From Eledone cirrhosa (Eukaryota): DNA of 64,000 bases. Position 1 is the first letter of the stretch, and each line of letters begins with the position of its first letter. Shown here in pieces: positions 18,007 to 31,865 of the stretch. The notes under the pieces were generated by a model. The model was given only the letters and a program-made list of their open reading frames with translations, did not search any database and was not told where the DNA came from. The position numbers were made by a program, and so were the translations under genes. The DNA is taken from positions 50,406,001 through 50,470,000 of the forward strand of contig OZ024742.1 of the NCBI GenBank assembly GCA_964016885.1, given 5' to 3'.

Positions 18007-21000
18007 TTACAGATATATACTCAGAGTAGGCCCATTCACTCAGGCCATTCTTGCTTCTCTCACCCATCTTTCAACAAAATGCTGGGAAGAGAGCACTTCC
18101 CTCTCTACTCTGATTTTCCTTTTCAAATGAAATTTGAAAAAGTCAATCAGAGCATCACCGAAGAGGTAAGTGCTCGTCTTCAGCCCTTTCAAACGTGTCC
18201 ACCATACTATCTCTTTCGCCATGGCCACCAGACAGATGAAAACTGCCTGCCCTTCCCGGCTAAAGGAGGAGAGCGGGGCAATCCTCACGATGGACTCAGA
18301 TGATGGCCGGATCCGTCCTAAAAGCGACAGCAGGTGTTCGACATAAACCCACAAGTCAGCAATTTTCGGACACTGGACGAGTGCGTGCAGGACGGTTACG
18401 TCGCCCTGCGCGCATCTCGGACATGCCCGGCTGACGGCACCTCCATGCCTGTAGAGTTTTTCCCGAAATGGCAAGGCTCCTCGGTAGCACTGCCAGGCCA
18501 GAGATTTCTGGAAGTTGTCCATAGGCCCCGGCACGTCAGTTCTTCCAAAGAGATTGGCTAGTTGATTTTCGTCGACGCCTAGATTTTCCCCAAGTACGTC
18601 GTCGCTCTTCCCCTCCACTAATCCTCTATAGAACGCCGAGCTGGAGTTCCCACCGATCACATTGCCCGATTGGTCGCGGGCTGTGAGCGCCTGAAGACAT
18701 TCCAGTCTCCAGGCGCTCCCCCTCGGTCTTCGCTTGACCCAGGACTGCAGCTCCGTCAAGGAAACGAGCTGGGGAAATACGTGTCTAGAAAACGGCGACC
18801 ACACCTGATCACCGTTGAGGAAGAGGTGGAGATATCGTAGCCTGAGCGCGTGCCTGCGCATCATCAGCCACGGCATGCCCAGCCCTCTACGTAGCGGGTG
18901 TTGACAACAGTTGGAGCGCCTGACCATCGGAGCGCGTCCCTTCCACAAAAAGCGAAAGAGCAAACGCTCCAGCGCAGTCAGGCGAGGCTTAGGACAAGGT
19001 ACGACGGTCAGGCGGTAGCAGATGACAGACGCGATGTACGCGTTAGCCACCTCCGCTCGACCTTTCAGTGATAGCTTCCTCTCCGCCCATTTCTAGGTGA
19101 GAGAAGCACCCTGCTCCTCACCTCGTCCCAGTTTTTGTCCGTTTGGAGGTCCGGACCCAACCAGACCCCTAGCAATTTAACCAGTCCGTCCGTCCAGCGT
19201 CCGACGACGCTGTTGGACGGCATGGACCTGCCTCTCCAGGTGCCGAGCTGCAGGCCGACTGACTTTTCCTGGTTGATCATTGCTCCTGTCACCGCTTCGT
19301 ATTCTCTTAGTGTAGTGCCGATCGCCTCGATGTGTTTGGCGTTCGACACCACTACGGTGACATCGTCCGCATATGCTGACACGGATCTTCCGCATCCTAG
19401 TACGCGCGGGACGCCCCTCAACGTCTCCAGTTTGTGCAGTAATGGCTCGAGAGTCAATACGTACAAGAGGGACGAGAGGGGACATCCTTGGCGGACCTAG
19501 CGCATGATGTTGAACGGTTCCGACAGGTGACCGTTCACTCTCACCACAGAGCAGATGTCGCTGTGCATGGCAGCGATCCAGCCTCTGAAGACGGGCCCAA
19601 AGGCAGCCGCCCTCAGGACTGCCGCTAGGTAACGATGGTCGACCCTATCGAAAGCTTTCGACTGATCTAAATTGATCAAGGACCCACCCGTGCCAGGTTC
19701 CCTAGCTACCCTCTCTACGATGTATCGCATGAGGTGGAGGTTATCGTGGATGGATCTGTCTTGAATGGCGCATGTCTGCGCCTCTCCCACCAGACCACAA
19801 CGACAAGCGCCAACCTCTTTGCTAGCACCTTGGCCAAAATCTTGAACTCTGTGTTTAGCAGAGTTATGGGCCTGAAATTATCTATGTTATCCCCCTTGTT
19901 CGGATCCTTTCTCAGCAGTGCCACCGCTCCTCGGCTCACAGAACTGGGAATTCTCCCGTTCTGTTGCCAGTTGCAGTAGACGTCCGCCAAGAGGCCTCCG
20001 AACAAGTCTGGCATCTGTACGTAAAGTTCATAGGGCAGACCATCAAACCAGGCGATTTACCCCTTGTGCAGCCAGTCATTGCTTCCCGTACTTCAGCGGC
20101 TGTTATCAGCTTTTTCACAACAATTCGCCTCAGTGGCCGAGAGCCGCGGAAGTCCGTCGAGGTAGACACTAAAGACCATCCTCGACCCGGCCCACCGCTG
20201 CCACCGAACAGCTGAGCGAAGTGTCGCTGAAAAGCTTCACACATTTGCCCGGGATCGAGTAGCATGCGCCCGTCGTGGTCCACCAAAGACCGGATCGTGG
20301 ATTTGTTGCCACGACGCGCCTCCGCCACTCGGGCCCATTGAACGGCTTTCGTCCCCTCGTGTCTGAGAGCACGCACCCTTGCTCTGACAACGCAGCCTTC
20401 GTGTTTTGCATTGAACAATTGGTGAAGGGCCAATTTCGCCGCAAGCACGTCGGTCGCAATGCCTTTGCTAAGAGCCTCGTCTAATTTTCTAACTAGTTCT
20501 CCCTCTGCTCTATTTTTCTCTATTGCTAAAGCCTTACTAAACCTAATCGATTCTATTCTAATCCACCACTTGTTGTTGACGATGGCCCCCGTCAACGCCC
20601 GCTTAACTAGTTCGCTAATCCGGTCTCTGTAGGCCTTGCGCGCTGGTAAGGACGCGTTTAGCTTCCAGTAGCCGGGTCCGCGTCTATGAACCCTATCTAA
20701 GTCAAGCACACAAATAACGAATTTATGGTCCGTGTAGCTGACTATCTTGAATTGTGGACAGCCTATGCTAGACCTATCTATTTCCTTACAAAATACTCTA
20801 TCTAGATATGATCTAGATGACCCTACGCGATTTGTCCAAGTCCACATTGGCACATTCGGGAAATCTAATCGGTACCTGTCAGACAGTTCAAAACGCCTGA
20901 GCAGGTTGGTGAGGCTCTTGCACCCTCCTTCCCCTATCCGCTAATCCCACACAGTCCCAGCGTGCATCTAAGATCCCGTTCCAGTCGCCCACTAACACTA

Positions 21001-21406
21001 AAGAGCGGGACGTTCCAAGAAAGGTCTTTCAGACGCCGGAAGAAATCAGGCCGCCCTGCTCCTGTCGGGGCATAGACGGCCACTAGCCTGAAAGCTTGCC
21101 CGTCTCCGCTGGTCACGTCCAGCACCACCAACTTACCCTCTGGGTCCAGGAAGATGGCCCGTATGGCGATATCCAAACCTCTCCGAAAAACACAGCAACT
21201 CCTCCCCCCGATCCCGGACGGCTGGGAGTTGCGTACACATCATAGCCGCCGAAGATCGGTGCGAAGGCCCGTGCTTCGGAGATTCTGGTCTCGCTGATGG
21301 CCACTACATCTATGTTTAGTGACTTGAGGTCGTTGAGCATGTGACCCTGCTTCTATGCCGTCCCCAACCCACGCGCATTTATGCTGCCTATTCTGAGTGA
21401 GGTCAT
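18007..21406 (-). pseudogene. Tx1-like ORF2: APE endonuclease, RT, C-terminal CCHC
   Basis: MTSLRIGSINARGL, VAISETR, VAVYAP, SYLDR, TDHK, YWKLNAS, FRPITLLN, DQSKAFDRVDH, AYADD, GLGMP, CPRC...HALVQC spread over several frames. Confidence 0.92.
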
Positions 21407-23455
21407 GTTTAAAATAGAGTGGAAAAGATGGGAAAGACCACTTACCGTACTTTTCGTAGAGGAGGGATGGTTTTTTCCATCCCTTTTCACTTGATCGTCT
21501 GGTGAAGGGACCGTTGAATCGTCGCTTCGGCTGGTCGTCGGCTCTTCTATGAGTATGTCCGAATATACTCTTCTGTTGATAGTTCCTCTTAGGTCCCTGA
21601 AATCACCAACTGCGTTGGGGAATTTCGTTTTAATGTTTGTGTATTGTTTCTGTGCTATTTTTAGCATTCTTATGTCAGTTGGCGTTTTGATTGGTGCTGG
21701 TATTATGTAGTCGTGTTGTGAAATGTCTGTGTGTTCTTGTCGTTGTTGCTGAGTGTGTGTGTTTTGTGTGGTTTTTGCGATATTGGTACTTGTGGTGGTG
21801 GTGTTGAAGCTGTTGTTGGCGGTGGGGTTGTCGCCGGTGGTGATGGTGGTTCTAGTGTGGGTGGTGATGGTGTTGGTGGTGTTACTGCCGTGAGTCTCTT
21901 TGCAGTAGACTTTACCCCTTTTTCATTTCTTTCCTCCCTTTTCAAAGGCGACGATGCGCTGCTTCTGCGTTTGTGCCTTCTTACGACCTTTTGCCATCCC
22001 TCTCCCACCTCACACTCCATGTCTAATTCTGTGAGGTCGGGGAGGGGTACCAGCTCCACTCTTTCACTCGTTGTTGTTGGTGATGTTTGCACTGGAGTCT
22101 CTGTTGCAGCTGCATTTGGTATTGCTGTTGTTGTTGTTAATATTTCCACTGCTGCTGCTGTTTTTGATTTCCGTGGCGTGGGTATGAGTGCCACGGACCT
22201 ATCGTTCCTGGTTGCCGCTTGTCCTGTTGCTGGTGGCCGTGGAGCCGGTTTCGGAAGGAGGGGTATTTTCTCCTGACTCAGGGACTTCTCGTTGCAGAAG
22301 GCCCTGAGGTGAGTCTTCGATCCACAGCGAAAGCATTTCGGGCGTTTATCCTCAACAATTATGGGCAGTTGAGTGCCGTTATCGAAGTCTATCACATCTG
22401 GGATAGCTTCGATGCACTCCTGGTTGGTTTGGATTAACATCTCAATGGAGGTGCCGACCCAATCTTCTCTTACTTTTTTCTGTACTTGCAGTACAGTTGT
22501 TGTGTCCTCGATTCCGACGAGGACAGTAGGGGCCAGCCAAGAAGGGGCTATCCCGGGGGGGGGGGGTCAGTTTGACCCTCATAATTTTTTGCCCGCAGTA
22601 GGAGGGCACCAACACCATTTCGTCGCTCCTTAGGGTCACTACGGATTGAGCCTTTGCCTCCTGGGGTGTGGCAAAAAGTACGTCTACGGTGGCATATTTT
22701 TTGCCTCGGGTGATGTGCGTTTTCCGCTGCCACACAGACCCCAAGGCTTTTTGTATTTGAGCCTCTGTGGCTCTTTCAACCCCACGGGATTTTGTACTTA
22801 CTGTACGGTACGTGACCGTACAGTGCTGTTGGGTTTCGAAAACATTTTCCGCTGCCTTGCAGATTGCTCGGTGTCCAGTTTTTGTCACCATCTTCTTCGC
22901 TTCCTCTAATTCCTTATTTGTTATGAATATTGTTTCCAGGTTCTTCGCGATACCTGCAAACGAGATTGGTTTTTCTTTGCTGCTGTTGTTGTTGTTGTCG
23001 TCAAAGCTGCTGTTACTTTTGTTGTTGCTGCAGGTACTACGACTACTGCCGCCGCCGCTGTTGCTGTGGTTGTTGTTGTTGTTGCTGCTGCTAATGATGT
23101 TGTTGTTTATGCTGCTGCTGATGTTGTTGCGGCTGCTACTGTTGTTTCCATTGTCACTGTTGCTGTCGTTATTACGGCTGCTACTGCTATTATTCCTGAC
23201 GTCAGACGAATGAAATGGGTTTTCTTAATTCCCGCACACCTGTTTCGTCGTCGTTGTCGTCGTCGTCGTGGAGAAATCTTGCACGCTTTGCACGAGACTT
23301 TTCTTTTCTGTCGTCGCTTGCGAAAGAGAAGGGAGGGAGAGAGACATATTTAAAGAAGGGAGGGAGAGAGACAATCTTCTCTCTGATGTAGTGACGATTG
23401 AGGAAGAAGACGGAATGAGTGGAAATGACCTATGAAAATTATTTTTCGTAGCCAT
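21407..23455 (-). pseudogene. Tx1-like ORF1 (gag-like, single CCHC knuckle, low-complexity N/S/T/P tracts)
   Basis: CFRCGSKTHLRAFC; homologous to the ORF1 remnants of T2 and T3. Confidence 0.8.
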
Positions 23456-23818
23456 GTTGTTATTTTTTTTTTGTTTAAAATAAATATTGGGCACAAAACC
23501 CCAATAAGCAGTTATTTAACCCCGAAGGGCCAAATAACGGACAGAAAGACCCCTCTCACGAGGAGGGGGGTGTTTTTGTCTACAAGTTGGTAAAAGTTTT
23601 AAACAATTTACAATTGTTATAGCGTTCAAAATTTACAATACCTTACAGAGCCGAGCCTCCGTCAACCATAGCATTCAATAATAATAATAATAATAAAAAT
23701 AATGTCCGTTTACATTTGTTTCACTATTTCATATAATTGTTTCTACGTTAGCCACAAGGCCAGCAAATACCCAGTGCATTACTGGTACTTTATTCCATAT
23801 TTCTGGATCAAATGATTA

Positions 23819-25780
23819 CACTGGTCAACAAAAAAATATTCATTTCATGTTTCGAGTATAATTTAGTAGGATTCTAGGGTAATCAAGTGTGCAGAACCTG
23901 GATATGACAACGATTAAGCTGTATCGGATCTAGTTTTCGAGAAGCAGCATATCCATGTCTATGACCCATAGCTATGTGGCTCATATTACTTCATCCAATT
24001 GTATTCACTATATTTAGTTGTTAACTAATTTATACTTACTGCTTTTGTTTTAGATCACATAATTGTAACTATCCTCAGCTATTCTTGGATAATTCACAAC
24101 AACTTTGACTAGTGGGAGAGATGGAACGCCGGAAATATGTAAATGACCCGGACCGGTTTTGCTATATTTGTGGACTCTTTACCCCAGAAAGCATAAATAA
24201 ACCAATCACAAAAGCAGTTCGAGTAAACTACAAATGCTACTTCAAATGTCCATTAGGAGACCAGCACAAGAAATGGGCGCCTCATATAGCGTGTAGGTCA
24301 TGTGTTAATCACTTAAGTGAATGGAAGAATGGGAAACGAAGCTCTGGTTTGCCATTTTCTGTACCAATGGTATGGCGAGAACCAAGAGACCACAATAACG
24401 ATTGCTACTTCTGCCATATAAACATCCAAGGAATAACTGTGAAGACACGAACTACACTTCAATACCCCGATATCTCGTCAGCAATCCGACCAGTACCTCA
24501 CAGTGATGAATTACCTGTTCCAGTTCCACCTGCTGAACACGAGCTAATCTCTGATTCCAGTAGCACCTCTATTGATGATGACTATCAAGACGAACATGAA
24601 ACAAGTGAACCCATACCATTTAACCAGGAAGCTCTTCATGATCTCATTAAAGACCTACATTTGTCTAAAGAAAAGGCAGAGCTCCTGGGATCAAGACTGA
24701 AGCAATGAAACCTGCTGGAACCTGGCGTCCGCATTACAACCGCTCGTCATCGTCATAAACAACTTAATTAGACTGGTTACACAAAGCATATGTGTTTTCT
24801 ATGTTTGTGGAATAGTAGAGCAGATGCGGAGCACTACATGGAGATGGATTGGCCAACAAGACCAAAAGATGCACCCGGTAGATACAAGTGTCTGTACAAA
24901 CCTCTCGTTGATCCAGAAAAAGTATTCCTCCCTCCATTACATCTCAAATTAGCCTTGGCCAAAAACTTTATTAAAAGCAGGGATCATACAGGTAATGGGT
25001 TTCAGTACTTGTGTAAGTAATTGTGTAGAGTGGTATCTGAAGCAAAGTTAAAAGCAGGGGCTTTGAATGGTCCTCAGATTCATATGCTGGTTAATGATAG
25101 TGAGTTTACGAAAACACTAAACCCTTTGGAGACTAATGCATGGAAATCATTTGTAGATGTGACACAGAACTTACTTCGAAACCACCGTGCAGACAACTAT
25201 AAAGAAATTGTTGAAACCATGATATAAAATTATCGCGCTCTGGGTTTTCACGAATGTCGTTGAAACTTCATTTCTTCCATTCTCATCTGGATTTCTTCCC
25301 AAGTAATCTAGGAGACATCAGTGATGAACAAGGAGAGAGGTTTCACCAGGACATTGCCATAATGGAGAGTAAGTATCAGGGTCAGTTCAATCCGAACATA
25401 ATGGGCGACTACTGCTGGACACTGCAACGTGAGGAGAGCCAGCAAAACAAGCGTAAAAGCAAAATCCAGAAATTTTTTTAGAAATGATTTGAAATATTTT
25501 GTTATGTTCAGAATGTTGTTGAGAAATATATTGTTAATATACTAAGTGTTAAAAAAAAAAAAAATGTTTATATATTTTTATTAAGTTAATATGTTTATAC
25601 CTAAGTCATCATATGTTACACAATGGATAAATAATGCATTACGAGGAACATATTTTCGATCTCATATTAAGGCATTCCGATCCGATAGCAAAAAATGAAT
25701 ATCAAAACTGAATTTAGTGCTATGAAATTAGTAAGATGCACATATTCACATGTAAGAACCATTTTGGCTGTTGACCAGTG
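23819..25780 (+). mobile_element. Chapaev3-like DNA transposon (CMC superfamily), internally deleted
   Basis: 12-bp TIRs CACTGGTCAACA / TGTTGACCAGTG and 3-bp TTA duplication (23816-23818, 25781-25783). CAC ends with TWA TSDs match Chapaev3. Confidence 0.8.
24121..25481 (+). pseudogene. Chapaev3-type transposase with stops and an internal deletion
   Basis: CYICG, WAPHIACRSC, PMVWREP..H..DCYFC, CFLCLW, LPPLHLKL, GPQI, MSLKLHFFHSHLDFFP, SDEQGERFHQDI. Confidence 0.88.
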
Positions 25781-26217
25781 TTATAGATCATTATTGATCT
25801 GGTTCAGATGAAGATAATTCATTTAGGTAAAAATGGTGCAGTTGTTCAGAAAGTCAAAAGAGATAATGAAAATATTGATAAAGGTACGATGGAATAAGGA
25901 ATATAAAGTAAGGTAAAAAAAGATGGTTACATTAATGTAATGTTCCATATATTGGTATTTCACTATGGTGTCCTGCGTCTATCTATCGTCTGCTATAGGC
26001 AAGCATTATTCTTATGTAGAGGTTGCATTATCCGAGATCTGCCTATGCGTAACAAGATGGCCATCTAAGAAATATTTACCTTACGAATTAGAGACGGGTT
26101 TCAAGGGAAGTAACTCCTCGAGAATTTAGAAATTGTAGGTGATTTATATTTAAGAAGTGCTAATGAGCTTTAATGAGCAGAAACATTATATGGAGTAGCG
26201 AAACAATTGTAAACGGA

Positions 26218-26257
<40 letters not shown>

Positions 26258-26470
26258 GGCGACCTACGTAGTAAATTGTATCATCGTGAGCTCCGCAAAG
26301 GTTTGTTATTTTTAGTTGTTCAAAATTGGCATTCATGGAACATTTTATTGTTAACTGTATATAAGTGCACATACATTGTTATCTGAAAAGGACACCAAAA
26401 AAGATTGGGGCCTTGAGCCCAAAATTTAAACTTTTATAATTATCAAACAAAAATCTTTAATTAAAACATC

Positions 26471-28459
26471 ATGGCTGACTCAGAGTCACTCCTTTCTCAC
26501 AAACTAACACCTCACACCGACACCACCATTGTAAATATTACTACGTTTGCCAACACTAAAAAAAATATAAGCAGTAGCAATATTTTAAATTTGTCTCAGG
26601 CAGACATTCATTTCCCGCCATTACCAATGACTGCAGGTGTTAAAACCGCCACCACCACCACCAGCAGCGCGACAACCACCACCCCACCACCACAGCGACA
26701 ACAGTAACAAAAGAAAAAAATAAATTAACTCGTGATATCGAAATGAATTCAACCAAAATGAACTCTTCCACACCAAACACCACTGACGCCACCACCACCA
26801 CAACTGAAACTAAAATTAATAATAACAAAAATAACGATAACGACAACAGCAACAATGACATTAAGAAAACCACCCTGAGTTTTGCCAGAGTAGCAAAACA
26901 GTGCGAAGCATTTCAGGTAAATCAGGAGGAATTAGAAGAAGCCAAACAAATGGTAGAGAAAGATGGGTACATGGTCCCCCCCCCCCCAACACACCTAATA
27001 AAATGGAGCATCGGCGCCTATGCATCGTCTCTTATCGAACAATTAATATAAAATCGCGCCGAGTAGAACGGGCATCCGAGTCCCAAATCCAAAAAGCTTT
27101 GGGACATGTGTGGGCAAAAATAAACCCACATCAGACGTGGGCAGAAGTATGGAACCGTGAAAGTGTTCTATGAAACACCACAGGAGGCTAGAGAACACTC
27201 CATGGCCCCATTAAGAAGTGACGACTTCACACTCGTCCCAAGCTATTGTGGCCAGAGATTCGTAAAGATCAGGGTCACCCACGTTCCACCGGCCATCGAA
27301 TTCCCTGGCTAATAGCTGCTCTCCTCGCCGGCATCAAGCCAACACAAAGATAATCGAAATAGCGAAAGAAAAGCTGGAGAACTGGTCCGGATCTGGGATG
27401 GAGGGAGCTCCTGATCCAAGCGGACCAAAAAAGCATTGAGGAGATCCCAGAGGTAATAGACCTCACTGACGGCAGCCACCTCACCGTAATTGTCGAGGCC
27501 AGAAGGCCTAGGTGTGTCGTTTGTGGTGAAGGAACCCACCTAAGGGCTTTCTGCCCTCAGGCTAAAAGGTTGAGGCAACCTCTCCTACCCACCCCAGTGA
27601 CTCAACCATCAACACCACCAGCAGCAGGGATGGCAGCAACAACTGTAGCAGCAACAACAGAAGCAACTGTAACAGCAACAACACCAGCAACAGTAGCAAA
27701 ACCAAAAAGCACCACCAGCCAACGCGCCAGAACCAAACAGCGCCTACACCATCCACCACTTCACAACCAAAATTAACGCATGTGGAGGATTTTCCACTCC
27801 CGGCCTATCACAAATGGAGACAGATTGTGACGACGAGGAGTGGGAAATGGTATCAGGAAAAAAGAAAAAAAGAAACCCCCCAAAAAATTCTCTTCCTTCC
27901 CCCTCCAAAAACAAAATACAGAGGGAAACAAATAAACTATCAAACAAAAAAATTAGGACAGACATGCCACCATCCACACCAGCATCACCAACCCCATCAC
28001 CCCAAACACCAACACCATCACTATCATTAACCCCAACACCACCATCACCTACAGCACAAAAGTCACCAAAATGCGAAACAGAAACAAACGCACAACAAAT
28101 GCAAACAAAAGAAAACAACCAAAACGATACACACTACACAGCATTAAATTTGAACAACAACCAATTATTACACTACATCCAACACAACACCAGCATCACA
28201 GAAAAAGACTACACAACAACCCAAAAGTTCACACCACCTCCACACATACAAATCACTCGAATGACACAGAACACGTACATGACACTAAAACAAAAATTCC
28301 TCAAAGACATCGGAGACTTCCGTCAACCACTCTCCAGGAGTATTTATAAGGACATACGTCCTGAGGAGGCCACAAGCAGTGAAAATGATGGAGAAACCGT
28401 CCTTCCTCTACCAGAAGTAAGGGAAGTGGTTTTTCCCATCTTTTCCACTCCATTTCAAC
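26471..28459 (+). pseudogene. Tx1-like ORF1, second type
   Basis: ELEEAKQMV, VERASESQIQKALG, LVPSYCGQ, CVVCGEGTHLRAFC, IGDFR. Confidence 0.78.
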
Positions 28460-31400
28460 ATGACCTCACTCAGAATAGGCCGCTTAAATGCGCGTGGCTT
28501 GGGGTCGTCATGGAAGCAGGGCCCCCTGATCAACGACCTCAGGTCATTAAACATAGATGTAGTGGCCATCAGCGAGACCAGAATCTCCGAAGCACGGGCC
28601 TTCGCACCGATCTTCGGCGGCTACGATGTGTACGCATCTCCCAGCCGTCCGGGATCGGGGGCGGGGGGGCTGTGCTTTTTCGGAGAGGTTTGGATCTTGC
28701 CATACGGGTCATCTTCCTGGACCCAGAAGGTAAGTTGGTGCTGCTGGACGTGACCAGCGGAGACGGGCAAGCTTTCAGGTTAGTGGCCGTCTATGCCCCG
28801 ACAGGAGCAGGGCGGCCTGATTTCTTCTGGAGACCTTTCTTGGAATGTCCCGCACTTTAGTGTTAGTGGGCGACTGGAACGGGATCTTAGATGCACGCTG
28901 GGACTGTGTGGGATTAGTGGATAGGGGAGGAGGGTGCAAGAGTCTCACCAACCTCCTCAGGAGTTTTGAACTGTCTGACAGGTACCCATTGGATTTCCCG
29001 AATGTGCCAATGTGGACTTGGACACATCTCATAGGGTCATCTAGATCATATCTAGATAGAGTATTTTGTAGGGAAATAGATAGGTCTAGCATAGGCTGTT
29101 CACAATTCAAGATAGTCAGCTACACGGACCACAAATTCGTGATCTGCGTGCTTGACTTAGATAGACTTCATAGACGAGGACCCGGCTACTGGAAGCTAAA
29201 TGCGTCCTTACCAGCGCGCAAGGCCTACAGAGACGGGATTAGCGAAATAGTCAAGCGAGCGTTGACGGGGGCCATCGTCAACAACAAGTGGTGGTTTGCT
29301 CTGAAATGAGCAATTAGAATAGAGTCCATTAGGTTTAGTAAGGCTTTAGCAATAGAGAAAAATTGAGCAGAGGGAGAATTAGTTAAACAATTAGACGAGG
29401 CTTAGCAAAGGCATCGCGACCGACGTACTTGCGGCGAAATTGGCCCTTGACCAATTCTTCAATGCAAAGCACGAAGGCTGCGTTGTCAGAGCTAGGGTGC
29501 GTGCTCTCAGACACGACGGGACGAAAGCCGTTCAATGGGCCCGAGTGGCGGAGGCGCGTGGTGGCAACAAAGCCACGATCCGGTCTTTGGTGGACCACGA
29601 CGGGCGCATGCTACTCGATCCCGGGCAAATGTGTGAAGCTTTTCAGCGACACTTCGCACAGCTGTTCGGGGCAGCGGCGGGCCGGATCGAGGGATGGACT
29701 TTAGTGTCTACCTCGACGGACTGCCGCGGCTCTCGGCCACTGAGGCTGAGTGCTGCGAAAAGCGGATAACAGCCGCTGAAGTACGGGAGGCAATGACTGG
29801 CTGCACAAGGGGAAAATCGCCTAGTTTGGATGGTCTGCCCTATGAACTTTACGTACATATGCCAGACTTGTTCGGAGGCCTCTTGGCGGACGTCTACTGC
29901 AACTGGCAACAGAACGGGAGAATTCCCAGCTCTGTGAGCCGAGGAGCTGTGCCGCTGTTGAGAAAGGATCCGAACAAGGGGGATAACATAGATAATTTCA
30001 GGCCCATAACTCTGTTAAACACATAGTTCAAGATTTTGGCCAAGGTTCTAGCAAAGAGGTTGGCGCTTGTCGTTGGTGGTCTGGTGGGAGAGGCGCAGAC
30101 ATGCGCCATTCCCGACAGATCCATCCACGACAACCTCCACCTCATGCGATACATCGTAGAGAGGGTAGCTAGGGAACCTGGCACGGGTGGGTCTTTGATC
30201 AATTTAGATCAGTCGAAAGCTTTCGATAGGGTCGACCATCGTTACCTAGCGGCAGTCCTGAGGGCGGCTGGCTTTGGGCCCGTCTTCAGAGGCTGGATCG
30301 CTGCCATGCACAGCGACATCTGCTCTGTGGTGAGAGTGAACGGTCACCTTTCGGAACCGTTCAACATCATAGGCTCGGTCAGCCAAGGATGTCCCCCTCT
30401 CGTCCCTCTTGTACGTATTGACTCTCGAGCCATTACTGCACAAACTGGAGACGTTGAGGAGGTCCCGCGCCAACTAGGATGCGGAAGATCCGTGTCAGCA
30501 TATGCGGACGATGTCACCGTAGTTGTGTCGAACGCCAAACACATCGAGGCGATCGGCACTACACTAAGAGAATACGTAGCGGTGACAGGAGCAATGATCA
30601 ACCAGGAAAAGTCCGTGGGCCTGCATCTCGGCACCTGGAGAGGCAGGTCCATGCCATCCAACAGCGCGTCGGGCGCTGGACGGACGGACCGGTTAAATTG
30701 CTAGAGGTCTGTTTCGTTCCGGACCTCCAGACGGATAAAAACTGGGCCGAGGTGACGAGCAGGGTGGCTTCTCTCACCCCAAAATGGGCGCAGAGGAAGC
30801 TATCCTAAAAGGTCGAACGGAGGTGGCTAACGCGTACATCGCGTCTGTCAACTACTACCGCTTGACCGTCGTACCTTGTCCTAAGCCCCGCCTGACGGCG
30901 CTCGAGCGTTTGCTCTTTCGCTTTTTGTAGAAGGGACGCGCTCCGATGGTCAGGCGGTCCATCTGCTGTCAACACCCTCTACGTGGAGGGCTGGGCATGC
31001 CGTGGATGATGATGCGCAGACACGCGCTCAGGCTACGACATATCTACCTCTTCCTCGACGGTGATCAGGTGTGGTCGCCGTTTGCTAGGCACGTCTTTCC
31101 CCAGCTCGTCTTCTTGACGGAGCTGCAGTCCTGGGTCAAGCGAAGACCGAGTGGGAGCGCTTGGAGACTGGAATGTCTTCAGGCGCTCACAGCCCTCGAC
31201 CAATCGGACAATGTGATCGGTGGAAACTCCACCTTGGCGTTATATAGAGGATTAGTGGAGGGGAAGAGCGACGACGTACTTGGAGAAATTCTAGGCGTCG
31301 ACGAAAATCAACTAGCCAATCTCTTCGGAAGGCCTTTCGGGCCGGGGCCTATAGACAACTTCCAGAAATCCCTGGCCTGGCAGTGCTACCGAGGAGCTTT

Positions 31401-31865
31401 ACCAGTTCGGGATAAACTCTACAGGCATGGAGAGCCGTCAGCCGGGCATGTCGGAGATGCGCGCAGGGCGACGAAACCATTCTCCACGCACTCGTCCAGT
31501 GTCCGAGCTTTGCTGACTTGTGGGTTTATGTCGAACACCTGCTGTCACGTGTAGGACGGATCCAGCTATCAGCTGAGTCCATCGTGAGGATTGCCCCGCT
31601 CTCTTCCTTTAGCCGGGAAGGGCAGGCAGTTTTTATCTGTCTGGCGGCCATGGCGAAAGAGATAGTATGGTGGACACGTTTGAAACGGCTGACGACGAGT
31701 ACTTACCTCCTCGGTGATGCCCTGATTAACTTTTTCAAATTTCATTTGAAAAGGAAAATCAGGGTAGAGAGGGAAGTGCTCTCTTCCCAGCATTGTGTTG
31801 AAAGATGGATGAAAGAAGCAAGTATGGCCCGTGTGAATGGGCCTACTCTGAGTATCTGTCTGTAA
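28460..31865 (+). pseudogene. Tx1-like ORF2 (APE-RT), frameshifted
   Basis: MTSLRIGRLNARGL, GDWN, TDHK, FRPITLLN, DQSKAFD, QGCP, YADD. Confidence 0.92.

Larger units (their letters stand above)
17758..23676 (-). mobile_element. Tx1/L1-clade non-LTR retrotransposon, copy T1, full length, frameshifted
   Basis: ORF1 + ORF2 remnants; 3' end ...gtggttAATAAAgaaatc then (TTA)n; 5' end preceded by (TTA)n. Confidence 0.9.

Noticed and set aside
23745-23795. cacaaggccagcaa.tacccagtgcattac, also at ~59625-59660, resembling an octopus SINE segment
   Set aside because: Too short and recognised only from memory; used only as a weak taxonomic hint.
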